From positions 2,574 through 66,573 of the forward strand of contig CANIBL010000003.1 of assembly GCA_947466225.1 (NCBI GenBank): a stretch of 64,000 bases of DNA, read 5' to 3'. Within the stretch, counting starts at the first letter, position 1. Each line of letters starts with the position of its first letter. This document shows, piece after piece, positions 18,626-27,803 of the stretch. The DNA is from Deltaproteobacteria bacterium. GTDB lineage: Bacteria; Bdellovibrionota_B; Oligoflexia; Oligoflexales; Bog-1112. The notes beneath the pieces are model-generated. The model worked only from the letters and a program-made list of their open reading frames with translations. It did not search any database and was not told the DNA's origin. The position numbers and the translations under genes were made by a program.

Positions 18626-20977
18626 TTAATATCCGATGTTAAATATAAACTGCAAATCCCCCAGGGATTTGGTTTCTCTGTCATATGGGAAAGCCCACTC
18701 AAAACGAAAAGGCGCAATAGGCGTTACCCAACGAAACCCAAACCCCACATCAAAATCGAACTGAGAAAGAGAGGGATATTCGCCTTCTTTATATACCCGT
18801 CCTGAGTCGGTAAAGACAAGCGCCTTGATGCCAGCTTGAGGAATCAGAGGTACAAAATACTCCAATTGAAAGAAGACCTCCCGATCTCCCCCTAAATTGT
18901 AGTCATAAAAGGAGGACAATGGGGTTCGATCCTTTCGAGCCAAAGGCCCGATGGCACCGAAGCCAAATCCACGCAAGTTGTTAAAACCCCCCAACCGATA
19001 GCGCTCCGTAGTGGGGATCGGATGAGAGCCCATTTTATGCAACTGACCAAAAAAACTGTGTAATTTAATATTTGTTCGAAAGGAGTCTGTATAATCAATA
19101 GGCAGATAATATTCTCCATCTAAAGAAGTTTCCATAAATTGGAAGTCCCCTCCAAAAGACCCACCGGTAAAATTATGGCGAAGTTGCAACACATTCCCTT
19201 GTGTTGGGTCGATATAATTATCGAGGTCTTTGCGGAATAAGCCCAAAATCAAACTGTTTTTGACCCCAACCGACTGAAATCCATCAAAAATCAGCACTTC
19301 TTCCTTATCTCGAATGATGGAGTGACGGGCGGTAACCTGACCTCGCAATAGCTCTACAATCTTGCGCCCTACCGTAACAGAAACGGCTTGCTGAATTTGA
19401 GCTACCTCTACACCAGCCACGTAGGCATATACCCGGTCTTGAATGGAGTATTCATAATTAAAACCCAGAGACCAATCTCCATCATTTAGCTTGGGGTTAT
19501 AAAACCCTGCATCGATTTGATAGTTCTCAATACTGGCCCATCGGCCCATCAAACTGGTGGCCCAACCACGACCAGACTGGTTTTTATCTTCATACCGGCC
19601 TTGTCCAAACCAGGCAGCCTTCGTATCCCCTCCTGGTGAAAACCCTAGTGCCATTTGCATTTGCCCGGTTGGTTTCTCTTTTACCTTTACTTTGAGGTGC
19701 ATCAAATCCTCAAGCCCAGGATCTCGTTCCTTGACTACCTGTACTTCTTCAAAAAAGCCTAGTCGATTGATGTTTTTCTTCGACTCGGACATTTTGGTTC
19801 CACTGTATAACTCACTGTCATGCACTTCCAATTCCCGACGAATCACGTTATCTCGGGTTTTTGTATTGCCCACAATGTTCATTCTACCAAAGTAAATTTT
19901 ACGACCTTTGGTAATTTGATAATGCAGTGCTACGGTAGCATGTTCATGATCAAAATCGGTCAAAGGGTTTACATCCACATAAGCGTAGCCAAGATCTCCA
20001 TACTTATCGACCAGCATCTCGACATCTTTGCTAAATTGCCCATATCGAAATAACTTTGCAGGCTTTAAGGTCATCCACTCGAGCAGTTCTTTCTCGGTAT
20101 ACAACCCCACTTGATCGACATCCCCTGAAACTTGAATAGATTTAACAAAATATTGAATGCCTTCTTCGATTTGATGAGTCACGCGCGCAAATCGTCGGTC
20201 TTGGTCCATCTCCACAATCGGTTTGCCCACCTTAACGTCCGCAAACCCGCTATCTTTGTAGTAGTATGTTAAAAACTCGGCATCTCTTGTGATGTTTTCT
20301 CCTTTATAGAGAGAAGAGGACCCAAAAGCCGAGGTCCGCGTATGCGGTACCGCTGCAAATTTCCCAATCAGCTCTTCATTGGAAAAAAATCGATTTCCTA
20401 CCAAGAAAACATCTCCAATGAGCACTTTTCCATGCTCCAAGACCCGAAACGTCAAACTTACTTCTGTATCGCCTTTTGCTTGCAGCTCATAGCTCGCATC
20501 AACGAGATAGAATCCTTTTTCATAGTACTTCTTCTCGATCATGCGAATGTCGTTGGAAATGCTCCCCTCATCGACGATGGTAAAAGGCTTCACCTCCAGC
20601 TGTTTTCGAATCTCATCCTCAGACAACTCATGCAGGCCGGCAAAGGTGATCTCCGAAATCGAAGGTTTTTCTTTCACTTCGATTTCCAAGGCAATGCCAT
20701 TTCCCTCATCGCGCTCATAGATATCTACACGAGAAAAATAGCCTAATGCATAAATTTCCCGCACATCTGTCTGTACCTTCGATCGATCCAGTTGATCTCC
20801 CTTTTTTAGGGTGAAAACAGAGGAAATGGCTTCCGATTCTGCTTTTCGATTTCCGATAACGGAGACCGATTCAATGATTTTTTCCGCTTCCTTGGCCTGA
20901 GCAGCCGAAAAAGCCAACGCAAAAAAAACGGACCATATATAAGGAAAGGGGCGATTCATACGTTTTGTCTTCTTCAA
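18626..20977 (-). CDS. bamA: Outer-membrane protein assembly factor BamA
   Basis: 783 aa. A signal peptide, repeated POTRA-like modules (e.g. IESVSVIGNRK, ISEITFAGL, VKSIQVSGD, GRMNIVGNTKTRDNVIRREL), and a C-terminal beta-barrel ending ...FIFNIGY. Confidence 0.92.
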   Translation of the reverse strand: MKKTKRMNRPFPYIWSVFFALAFSAAQAKEAEKIIESVSVIGNRKAESEAISSVFTLKKGDQLDRSKVQTDVREIYALGYFSRVDIYERDEGNGIALEIEVKEKPSISEITFAGLHELSEDEIRKQLEVKPFTIVDEGSISNDIRMIEKKYYEKGFYLVDASYELQAKGDTEVSLTFRVLEHGKVLIGDVFLVGNRFFSNEELIGKFAAVPHTRTSAFGSSSLYKGENITRDAEFLTYYYKDSGFADVKVGKPIVEMDQDRRFARVTHQIEEGIQYFVKSIQVSGDVDQVGLYTEKELLEWMTLKPAKLFRYGQFSKDVEMLVDKYGDLGYAYVDVNPLTDFDHEHATVALHYQITKGRKIYFGRMNIVGNTKTRDNVIRRELEVHDSELYSGTKMSESKKNINRLGFFEEVQVVKERDPGLEDLMHLKVKVKEKPTGQMQMALGFSPGGDTKAAWFGQGRYEDKNQSGRGWATSLMGRWASIENYQIDAGFYNPKLNDGDWSLGFNYEYSIQDRVYAYVAGVEVAQIQQAVSVTVGRKIVELLRGQVTARHSIIRDKEEVLIFDGFQSVGVKNSLILGLFRKDLDNYIDPTQGNVLQLRHNFTGGSFGGDFQFMETSLDGEYYLPIDYTDSFRTNIKLHSFFGQLHKMGSHPIPTTERYRLGGFNNLRGFGFGAIGPLARKDRTPLSSFYDYNLGGDREVFFQLEYFVPLIPQAGIKALVFTDSGRVYKEGEYPSLSQFDFDVGFGFRWVTPIAPFRFEWAFPYDRETKSLGDLQFIFNIGY

Positions 20978-21678
20978 AAGATGCCTCGGTCTACAACCTG
21001 TCCGTCATCCATCACAATTCGATGTGGCAACCGACTTGCCAAATCTAAATCATGAGTCACCAACAACATGGTCATGTTGCGCTCTTTGCACAACGTCAAC
21101 AACAGTTCCTGTATATCTCGACTGGTCTTGTTATCCAAATTTCCGGTTGGCTCATCTGCTAACAACAGCGGAGGCGACATGAAAAGTGCACGCGCAATAG
21201 CAACCCGCTGCTGCTCGCCCCCAGAGAGCTCCCCCGGTCGATGTTCAGCCCGATGCGAAAGCCCCACAGAATCTAGCATCTCTTTGGCTCGCTGGCGTGT
21301 CACCGCAGGAGAAAACCCTGCAATAAGTCCGGGCATCATAACGTTTTCTACAGCAGAAAATTCTTGCAAGAGGTTGTTCATCTGAAAGATGAAGCCCACG
21401 GTGCTATTGCGAAAATTGGAAGCGATCTGGTCCTCCATACGAGACAAATCCAATCCATTAAATTGCACCACACCAGAGGAGGCGCGATCTAATGCCCCTA
21501 CAATATGTAGCAGCGTACTTTTACCGGCTCCAGATTTTCCAATAATCGCAAGAATGGAACCCAATGGAATCGAAAGACTCACATCCCTCAATGCAGGTAC
21601 CATTTGAGACTCAATGGAGTAAACTTTGCTCACATGCTGAAGTTCGATCCCCGTGGAAATCGCGGCTTCTGTTTTCAT
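20974..21678 (-). CDS. lolD: Lipoprotein-releasing system ATP-binding protein
   Basis: Walker [10 protein letters not shown], signature [15 protein letters not shown], Walker [13 protein letters not shown]. It is coupled by 4-nt overlaps to the upstream LolC/E-type permease and the downstream bamA. Confidence 0.85.
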   Translation of the reverse strand: MKTEAAISTGIELQHVSKVYSIESQMVPALRDVSLSIPLGSILAIIGKSGAGKSTLLHIVGALDRASSGVVQFNGLDLSRMEDQIASNFRNSTVGFIFQMNNLLQEFSAVENVMMPGLIAGFSPAVTRQRAKEMLDSVGLSHRAEHRPGELSGGEQQRVAIARALFMSPPLLLADEPTGNLDNKTSRDIQELLLTLCKERNMTMLLVTHDLDLASRLPHRIVMDDGQVVDRGIF

Positions 21679-22949
21679 ACATACCTCAAACCAATGCCTG
21701 GATCTTGTTTAGCAGCTACACGAGCTGGATATGCCGCTGCCAACAAACTCAATGCCCACGCGCACAAACTAATTACGCCATACTCGACCGGAAGAAATTT
21801 CACAGGTAGCTTACGTTGCAGAAATACCCCAACCGGCAAATCGACAAACTGTAGGTAATACAACAACACACACAACCCCACCCCAAGCAGAAGACCAATG
21901 AGGACACCAACCATCCCAATGGAACACCCTTGTAGCAAAAAAAGACGCAAAATACTCTGTTGAGAAAAACCCAATGAGCGCAACAAGGCAATCTGATGCC
22001 GCTTATGATAGACGGTCATCATCATCGTGGCACTGATAGAAAATGCGGCCACCAGTACGATTAACAGTAAAATGCATCCCATCGTATATTTTTCCAATTG
22101 CAGAGCAAATAAAATCGATCGATTCACCATCTGCCAGGTAGAGATAGTAAGAGGCGTAATTTCATGCAATCGGGCCTTATATCGCTCCACTTCTTCCGGG
22201 TTCGGTAGATTGATAGCAATTCCACTTACGTACTGTTTTTCATCCAACGAAGCATCATAATCTGGCATAAATTTACGCCCTGCCTCGAGATTGACGACGC
22301 CATAACGCTGGTCATAATTGGATAAATCACTGGTAAAAAGCCCCACAACCTGAAACTCTAATGAAAGAGTCCCCCCTGCAAGTGCACTGGTCACATGGGT
22401 TTGAGGGTTTAAGACCCGAATGGTATCCCCCACATTGACACCCAGTTGAATCGCTAGGCTTTCTCCCAATAAAATGCCCGCAGCATCCCCTGTTTTCATC
22501 AATAGGTCTCGAACGGACCCCTCTTGCAAGGCAGAAGAAAAGCCCCATAGTGCGCCACCGCGTGAGGGGTCTACGCCAAAGAGCACCATGGAGGCCAGGT
22601 TCTTTCCATTCTTTACGACTACGTCTGCTTTGGTAAAAGGCTCAATGCCAGTGGCATCTGGAATGGCTTTTTCGAAGATAGACAAAGGGTGTTCATCCAA
22701 ACTGAATCCAACTGCTGCATTTTCCGCTAAAAGTTCAATATGGGGCAAGCCACGAAACATTTTGTCTTTTAAGTCAGCGGCAAACCCCCCCATCACCGAG
22801 AGGACTACAACCAACGCCGCAACGCCGATGGAAACCCCCAAGATGGAAATCCAGGTCATGACCGAAAGACTTTTTCCTTTTTTTGCTACCACTTGCCGCC
22901 AAGCAAGCCACCAAAGAAACCGTTGGGTTCCAGTACGATGCATCATCAA
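21675..22949 (-). CDS. Lipoprotein-releasing system permease LolC/LolE family (MacB/FtsX type)
   Basis: 424 aa. An N-terminal TM helix, a ~230-aa periplasmic domain, then three C-terminal TM helices (FtsX-like), directly upstream of lolD. Confidence 0.85.
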   Translation of the reverse strand: MMMHRTGTQRFLWWLAWRQVVAKKGKSLSVMTWISILGVSIGVAALVVVLSVMGGFAADLKDKMFRGLPHIELLAENAAVGFSLDEHPLSIFEKAIPDATGIEPFTKADVVVKNGKNLASMVLFGVDPSRGGALWGFSSALQEGSVRDLLMKTGDAAGILLGESLAIQLGVNVGDTIRVLNPQTHVTSALAGGTLSLEFQVVGLFTSDLSNYDQRYGVVNLEAGRKFMPDYDASLDEKQYVSGIAINLPNPEEVERYKARLHEITPLTISTWQMVNRSILFALQLEKYTMGCILLLIVLVAAFSISATMMMTVYHKRHQIALLRSLGFSQQSILRLFLLQGCSIGMVGVLIGLLLGVGLCVLLYYLQFVDLPVGVFLQRKLPVKFLPVEYGVISLCAWALSLLAAAYPARVAAKQDPGIGLRYV

Positions 22950-22997
22950 CTCCCGCGGGGAGATATATAGAAGTTAGGAAAAGCTATGGTAGCGCAC

Positions 22998-23017
22998 TTC
23001 AAGACAAAAGTCTTGAA
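22998..23017. terminator. 8-bp stem / 4-nt loop hairpin between the desulfurase gene end and the lolCE start
   Basis: TTCAAGAC-AAAA-GTCTTGAA. There is no U-tract on the minus strand, so a terminator role is uncertain. Confidence 0.3.
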
Positions 23018-23065
23018 ACGATCCATACGAAACGAAAGAGCCAGAAAAAAGGGACAGGTTTCGCG

Positions 23066-24211
23066 CTATTTCACAGCAAATACGGCTTTTTCTACAATAT
23101 CCGCCACGCGATCGGCTTCCGCCTCTCGATTCGCTTCCCCAAAACTAACACGTACAGAATGGGTTGCAGCCCAAGCATCAATCCCCATTGCAAGCAAAGT
23201 CGGATTCGGCACCGGCGTACCCGAGCCACAAGCGCTACCTGCGGAAACACAAATACCTGCTTGCTCAAAAGCCACCAGCAGCCGCTCCCGCGGAATACCT
23301 TCCAGGCAAAAAAAGGTTACGGTCCCCACAGTTTCCACCAAAGAGACATGAATTCTCGCATGGGGTATTTTTTGTAAACGGCGCTGAAACCGCTGGGTCG
23401 CCAATTTAGCCGAACCTAACCAATCCGGATGATGCAGTGCATGTGCCGCGCGTAATCCAAAGGATACAATCCCAGCCACATTTTGCGTTCCGCTTCGCAG
23501 CGCACGCTCCTGTCCGCCTCCCAACAAAAGAGGCGACAACATACGCCCCTCCTTTTTATACAGACAACCCACCCCTTGGAGTCCTCCAATTTTATGAGCG
23601 GAAAAAGACGCTGAGTCAATGAAACCTCCCCCCAAGCTACGCAACTCCACTTTTCCCAACGACTGCACAGCATCTATGTGGAACCATACATCAGGATTTC
23701 GCTTCTTTGCCTCTATGGCAAGAGACTCCACGTCATTTACAACACCCGTTTCATTGTGAGTATGAATCAAAAAAATACCAACACAATTTTGATCCACCTG
23801 CTCCAACAAAGCCTCTTCATCTACTTGCCCATTTCGCTGCAAGCCGATGGTAACCACTTCGCAAAGCCCTTTTTTTTCTAAGGCTGCTGCTGGCACCCGT
23901 ATCGAAGAATGTTCCCCTGCAGAGATAAGCAGCTTAGGTCGTTTCTCGAAAAAAAGGCGAGCACATACGGCTTGCAGCACCCAATTGTTTGATTCTGTTG
24001 CACAAGAGGTAAAGAAAATTTCTCGCGCTTGCGCTCCGATACACTCTGCAATCGAACGTCGGGATCGCTCCACCAATAGACGGGCGCGCCGCCCTAGCGG
24101 ATGAATGCTAGAAGGATTTCCTTGATTGGGTTGTAGCATGTCCCACACTTGCATCAGGTGCTCTGTGGAGCACGGGTGGGTTGCATTTACATCTGCATAG
24201 ATAAAATCCAT
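23066..24211 (-). CDS. Cysteine desulfurase (NifS/IscS-like class V aminotransferase)
   Basis: The ATG at 24211 gives MDFIYADVNATHP..., the usual NifS start. PLP-lysine motif SFSAHKIGG and active-site Cys loop SAGSACGSG are present. The track ORF begins at a GTG at 24247. Confidence 0.85.
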   Translation of the reverse strand: MDFIYADVNATHPCSTEHLMQVWDMLQPNQGNPSSIHPLGRRARLLVERSRRSIAECIGAQAREIFFTSCATESNNWVLQAVCARLFFEKRPKLLISAGEHSSIRVPAAALEKKGLCEVVTIGLQRNGQVDEEALLEQVDQNCVGIFLIHTHNETGVVNDVESLAIEAKKRNPDVWFHIDAVQSLGKVELRSLGGGFIDSASFSAHKIGGLQGVGCLYKKEGRMLSPLLLGGGQERALRSGTQNVAGIVSFGLRAAHALHHPDWLGSAKLATQRFQRRLQKIPHARIHVSLVETVGTVTFFCLEGIPRERLLVAFEQAGICVSAGSACGSGTPVPNPTLLAMGIDAWAATHSVRVSFGEANREAEADRVADIVEKAVFAVK

Positions 24212-24225
24212 ACTCGCTCTTTTCT

Positions 24226-25476
24226 TTAGGGCTGATTCTTTACCCACATAAATAAATCACCTAAGACTCGTCTTCTGGCTGCTTTTAGTTGCGCCCGTTT
24301 ATATCGAAAATGGGATGCCTCCCCCTCGGCCAACTGCATGGCAGACATCTTATCAATCACTTGAATCTCATAGGGGAAAAAAGCACTCTGTTCTTTTTCT
24401 CGCCCCAATACATGCTCTCGCCCATATCGCAACACCCCTTGCAGCACAGAAACCGAACTCAAAGGGCAACTAGGAAGCAGCGTTTCTAACCGATCCAAAA
24501 ATCGAGTAAAAGGATCCGTTCGTTGCACCCGAAGTCGACCTGTTAGCTGCAAAGAACGGTATGAATCGGAGGAGTGAGGATTCTGCAAATTGTTTTTCTC
24601 TTCCACTCGCTCCACCTGATCAATTAACAAGTGAAAACTTTCTGCACCAATCTGATCTTCCAACAGCATCTGCTTCAAAGATTCGCAGTGAGAACGAAAA
24701 TGATCAATGTCGATCAAATTGTTTCGGACACGAGCCGGATTTACACTGGCAAAAGAGACTAAATTAAAGGTTCGTAAATATTTCAGCACGATCATCACAT
24801 CACTTACGCGCTTTGTTACAATGCGAAGCCCCGTAAGGTCATAGATGGTTTCCGCCACATTTGCGGGCTTATGCAACAACTTTAAAATAATCGATTCTCT
24901 CGACTTTGCGTTTTTCCAGCGAAAGCCCTCAATTTCGATGCTCTCTGCGGAAGACCCCAAAAATAATCGATTGCTCTCATCTTTCCAAATATAGGGATCA
25001 AACCGGGCACGCAATTTTTCGTGTGCCATTTGCAACAGCGACATTCGCTGTAGCCCGTCGATATGCACAATGGTATGCGTTACGCGCAAAATGGCACAAG
25101 CCCAAATTTGGCATAACTGGGTATGAGCATCCTCTTTTTTCCCTCGTTTTGACGCCCAAAGCAACAACTCTTTCACATCTTCGCACAACAAAATCTCTTT
25201 TGGTGGGCAGATTCCTTGCTTCCATTCCGTGGGCATGAGATATTTTTGAATAAAAAAAATGGCTTCGATCAAAATGGCATGAATCAATCGTTGATCTTTT
25301 TTGTTTTTTGTATCAAATCCATATGCAAGAACAAATGCATCCGCATCCTCCATGCTATCTACCGACAATTTTTTCATGTCGATGGTAGAGGACTTGCCCG
25401 TCAAAACTTGGATGATAGGCCAAGGAAAGCTCCATTTTCGAAACAGAGCCATTTTTTCTTCTTGCGTAATCACCAT
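24226..25476 (-). CDS. Divergent RelA/SpoT-homologue (RSH) synthetase-fold nucleotidyltransferase domain protein, function unknown
   Basis: The C-terminal half aligns motif-by-motif with the synthetase domain of the Rel/SpoT in this window. KSRESIILKL matches PKHFYSIYKKM, IYDLTGLRIVT matches IHDLFAFRIIV, YRSLQLTG matches YQSLHTTI, and YEIQVIDKMSAMQLAEGEASHFRYK matches [25 protein letters not shown]. No HD, TGS or ACT domain is present. Confidence 0.5.
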   Translation of the reverse strand: MVITQEEKMALFRKWSFPWPIIQVLTGKSSTIDMKKLSVDSMEDADAFVLAYGFDTKNKKDQRLIHAILIEAIFFIQKYLMPTEWKQGICPPKEILLCEDVKELLLWASKRGKKEDAHTQLCQIWACAILRVTHTIVHIDGLQRMSLLQMAHEKLRARFDPYIWKDESNRLFLGSSAESIEIEGFRWKNAKSRESIILKLLHKPANVAETIYDLTGLRIVTKRVSDVMIVLKYLRTFNLVSFASVNPARVRNNLIDIDHFRSHCESLKQMLLEDQIGAESFHLLIDQVERVEEKNNLQNPHSSDSYRSLQLTGRLRVQRTDPFTRFLDRLETLLPSCPLSSVSVLQGVLRYGREHVLGREKEQSAFFPYEIQVIDKMSAMQLAEGEASHFRYKRAQLKAARRRVLGDLFMWVKNQP

Positions 25477-25651
25477 AGTTCCCCCACTTCAAATTCGCTG
25501 CATCATACCGATTTGTCGCGGAATTTTCATGTCTTTTTATTTTATATCCTTATCCACAGAAGGAGTACCGAGCAAGATTTCCCCTGTGCAACCGCACAGG
25601 CTCTTTCTACACTACAAGTAAGGGTATTGGCTTTCGACCGGGAGGAAACCC

Positions 25652-26212
25652 ATGAAAAAAAGAACGTGGTGGATGCTACCCCTCCTACTTCTTCTTACCA
25701 GCGAAGCAAAACCATACAAAAAACCCTCGGCGAAGGACTTACAAGATCTGGCCCTCTCCGCAGACTCTTCTGTGCCAACCTCAGAATACGTACATAAGTG
25801 GGTTCGCTTTCCAGATATTCAGGCTACCTTTTTGCTCTCCCGTGACTCTGTTCAACCAGCTCCAGAAGGAACCGTTGATATCGTGGTATTTGTGGCAACT
25901 TGGTGCATCAAATGCCAACAAATTATACCAGAAGTGGAAAAGCTAAAATCTCAATACGAAGCCCGTGGATTTCGCTTCTTATACGTATTTTCCCATGATC
26001 TTGAGCAAGACATACAAGAATTCCTCCAAGTGTACCATATTCCTGATACCTTGGTGGCAAATGACCCGTTACTCAAAGCATTCCATAATCCAGAAGTGCC
26101 TTCTATCTATGTAAGCGATCGAAAAGGATGGATCGTCGCCCGCTTTATTCAAGCCTCCTCTCAGGATATCGAGACACTGAAGACATTGCTATACTACTTG
26201 CGTTCTACCTAA
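25652..26212 (+). CDS. Secreted thioredoxin-fold thiol:disulfide oxidoreductase (TlpA/AhpC-TSA-like)
   Basis: Signal peptide MKKRTWWMLPLLLLLTSEA and a CxxC motif in VVFVATWCIKCQQ. Confidence 0.75.
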   Translation: MKKRTWWMLPLLLLLTSEAKPYKKPSAKDLQDLALSADSSVPTSEYVHKWVRFPDIQATFLLSRDSVQPAPEGTVDIVVFVATWCIKCQQIIPEVEKLKSQYEARGFRFLYVFSHDLEQDIQEFLQVYHIPDTLVANDPLLKAFHNPEVPSIYVSDRKGWIVARFIQASSQDIETLKTLLYYLRST

Positions 26213-26221
26213 CGCCCAATT

Positions 26222-26258
26222 CCGTCATTCCCAGACCGAAGACCGTATCGACCTCTCC
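26222..26258 (+). repeat. Palindromic intergenic repeat, type 1 copy (CCGTCATTCCCAGACCGAAGACCGTATCGACCTCTCC)
   Basis: It starts 10 nt after the stop of the thioredoxin-like gene. It matches the 40043-40080 copy except for a few substitutions and one indel. Confidence 0.7.
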
Positions 26259-26281
26259 ATCAATCCAGCGGGACTGTTTTG

Positions 26282-26587
26282 TTACGGAATCTCTAGGGGA
26301 GCAAACCCCCCAATGTAATGGATGGAATCATCGATCTCTTCATTCCAATCCGTTCGCAACTGAATCAAATTGGTTTTCACATCTGCTTGACTTCGGTTCA
26401 CAATGGATCCCAATGGGTCTCTTCTCTTCCCCCCCACATCCTCCTCATCAAAATTCAGCGTGGTAGAGCCGCCTCGCTCCCCTCCAGGAGAGGCCGACGA
26501 GCCTTTTTCGCCTGCTTTTTCGCGTGGCGCAGCCAACAATCCGCTCGAAATCCCGCTCAGAATCAAACCCAAAAGTACGCTTCGCAT
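26282..26587 (-). CDS. Small secreted protein (101 aa), function unknown
   Basis: GAGGAG lies 7 nt upstream of the ATG. Signal peptide MRSVLLGLILSGISSGLLA, a Gly/Ser/Glu-rich middle and a conserved-looking C-terminal segment LNFDEEDVGGKRRDPLGS...LIQLRTDWNEEI. Confidence 0.65.
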   Translation of the reverse strand: MRSVLLGLILSGISSGLLAAPREKAGEKGSSASPGGERGGSTTLNFDEEDVGGKRRDPLGSIVNRSQADVKTNLIQLRTDWNEEIDDSIHYIGGFAPLEIP

Positions 26588-26660
26588 ATTTCACTCCTCT
26601 CTGCGATATAATGGGACACATATACTTCCACTATATCATCGCAGCATTTGGACCTATTTT

Positions 26661-27764
26661 ATGAAGTGCGCAGTTTCAGCTCAGCTCTGCTTTTGGACTA
26701 TTGGGCTCACACTCTGTTTTTCTCAATCAGGCCATGGAGTTACCTGGAACCCTGGCGGAACTTTGGCCGAAAGACAAGCACTGCTTTCGCCCTATTTTTC
26801 TCCTGCCATTGGACAAGAGGTCCGACTGTTGCCCTCCCAGCAACACGCCATTACCCTCGATACATTGGAAAACACCCAAGGCGAAATTTGGGTAACGCCA
26901 CCACCCAACACTTGCTTTATCCTACAAACGGCACGCGCCTTGCCCGATCAAAAAATATGCAAATCTACTGCACTTTATTTTCGTTTCTCGGATCTAACAA
27001 AAGCAGGAGAGGTGCAGTGGATCGTATTTTTAGATGCACATGATAGCGGCACCCCTATCAGCTGGAAAACGCCATATGCTATAGGGTATGCACTCTTAGA
27101 ACGCCACTCCCTCGAAAAAAATGCTGCCTCTGCCAAACAAGTTAGAACCATCGCCATAGATACATGCATAGGAGAACAAAACTCGAAGAACCGAAGTATT
27201 TCGTTTTCATTACTGGGAATGGAAGAAAAATGGAAATTGTCCTTCCCGCAAAAAGACAAAATTCTTCCCCAAAATCGGTCCAACCTTTCTTTTCATGTGC
27301 AATCAGATACCGCACTTGGGAGTGCACCAAAAAAAGAAAAGCCCTCATCCAAACCCACAAAAGAGAATGTCTCCTCTTATGGAAATGGCCCTTCCTACGA
27401 AATTTCTGACGCCCCAGAAGATATCGGATTGTACGAAGAACTACCCCCCGGCACTCTTTTCCATCGGACCTATACAGCAACCGGAAAAAGCCCAAGCCCC
27501 ATCCAAAAAAAAAAGGACCAACAGGACCCTCGCATCCCCACCGCCTGGACGTTGCGTCCACAAGATACGTTCACCATGAACGGCGGTCATATGCATACGC
27601 AAGAAATTGAAACAATTGGAGTTTTTTCTCGGTGCCGGTACCGGTATCGACACTACCCCGACAAACCGACTTTTGGCGGGGTAGAATGCTACAATATTCC
27701 AGGATTTAGCTGGATTCTCCTTCCCTTGTCACCGGCATGCCTCGCGCCCATTCTGCCTAGGTAA
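26661..27764 (+). CDS. Secreted hypothetical protein (367 aa) with a hydrophobic/basic C-terminal tail
   Basis: The track ORF begins at 26403 but overlaps the opposite-strand gene. The ATG at 26661 gives signal peptide MKCAVSAQLCFWTIGLTLCFSQSGHG. The protein ends ...GGVECYNIPGFSWILLPLSPACLAPILPR. Confidence 0.6.
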   Translation: MKCAVSAQLCFWTIGLTLCFSQSGHGVTWNPGGTLAERQALLSPYFSPAIGQEVRLLPSQQHAITLDTLENTQGEIWVTPPPNTCFILQTARALPDQKICKSTALYFRFSDLTKAGEVQWIVFLDAHDSGTPISWKTPYAIGYALLERHSLEKNAASAKQVRTIAIDTCIGEQNSKNRSISFSLLGMEEKWKLSFPQKDKILPQNRSNLSFHVQSDTALGSAPKKEKPSSKPTKENVSSYGNGPSYEISDAPEDIGLYEELPPGTLFHRTYTATGKSPSPIQKKKDQQDPRIPTAWTLRPQDTFTMNGGHMHTQEIETIGVFSRCRYRYRHYPDKPTFGGVECYNIPGFSWILLPLSPACLAPILPR

Positions 27765-27803
27765 CCTTCCTCAATATCGTAACTTTTGATCCGATGCAGG
27801 GGT

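Noticed and set aside
25583-25600. Perfect 7-bp hairpin CCTGTGC-aacc-GCACAGG in the divergent region upstream of the thioredoxin-like gene
   Set aside because: It is short, with no U-tract and no recognisable riboswitch or attenuator context. It could be a 5' UTR structure, but there is not enough evidence to call it a feature.
26403-26660. N-terminal 86 codons of track ORF 26403-27764
   Set aside because: This part overlaps the well-supported opposite-strand gene 26282-26587 (SD + signal peptide). A signal peptide begins only at the internal ATG 26661.
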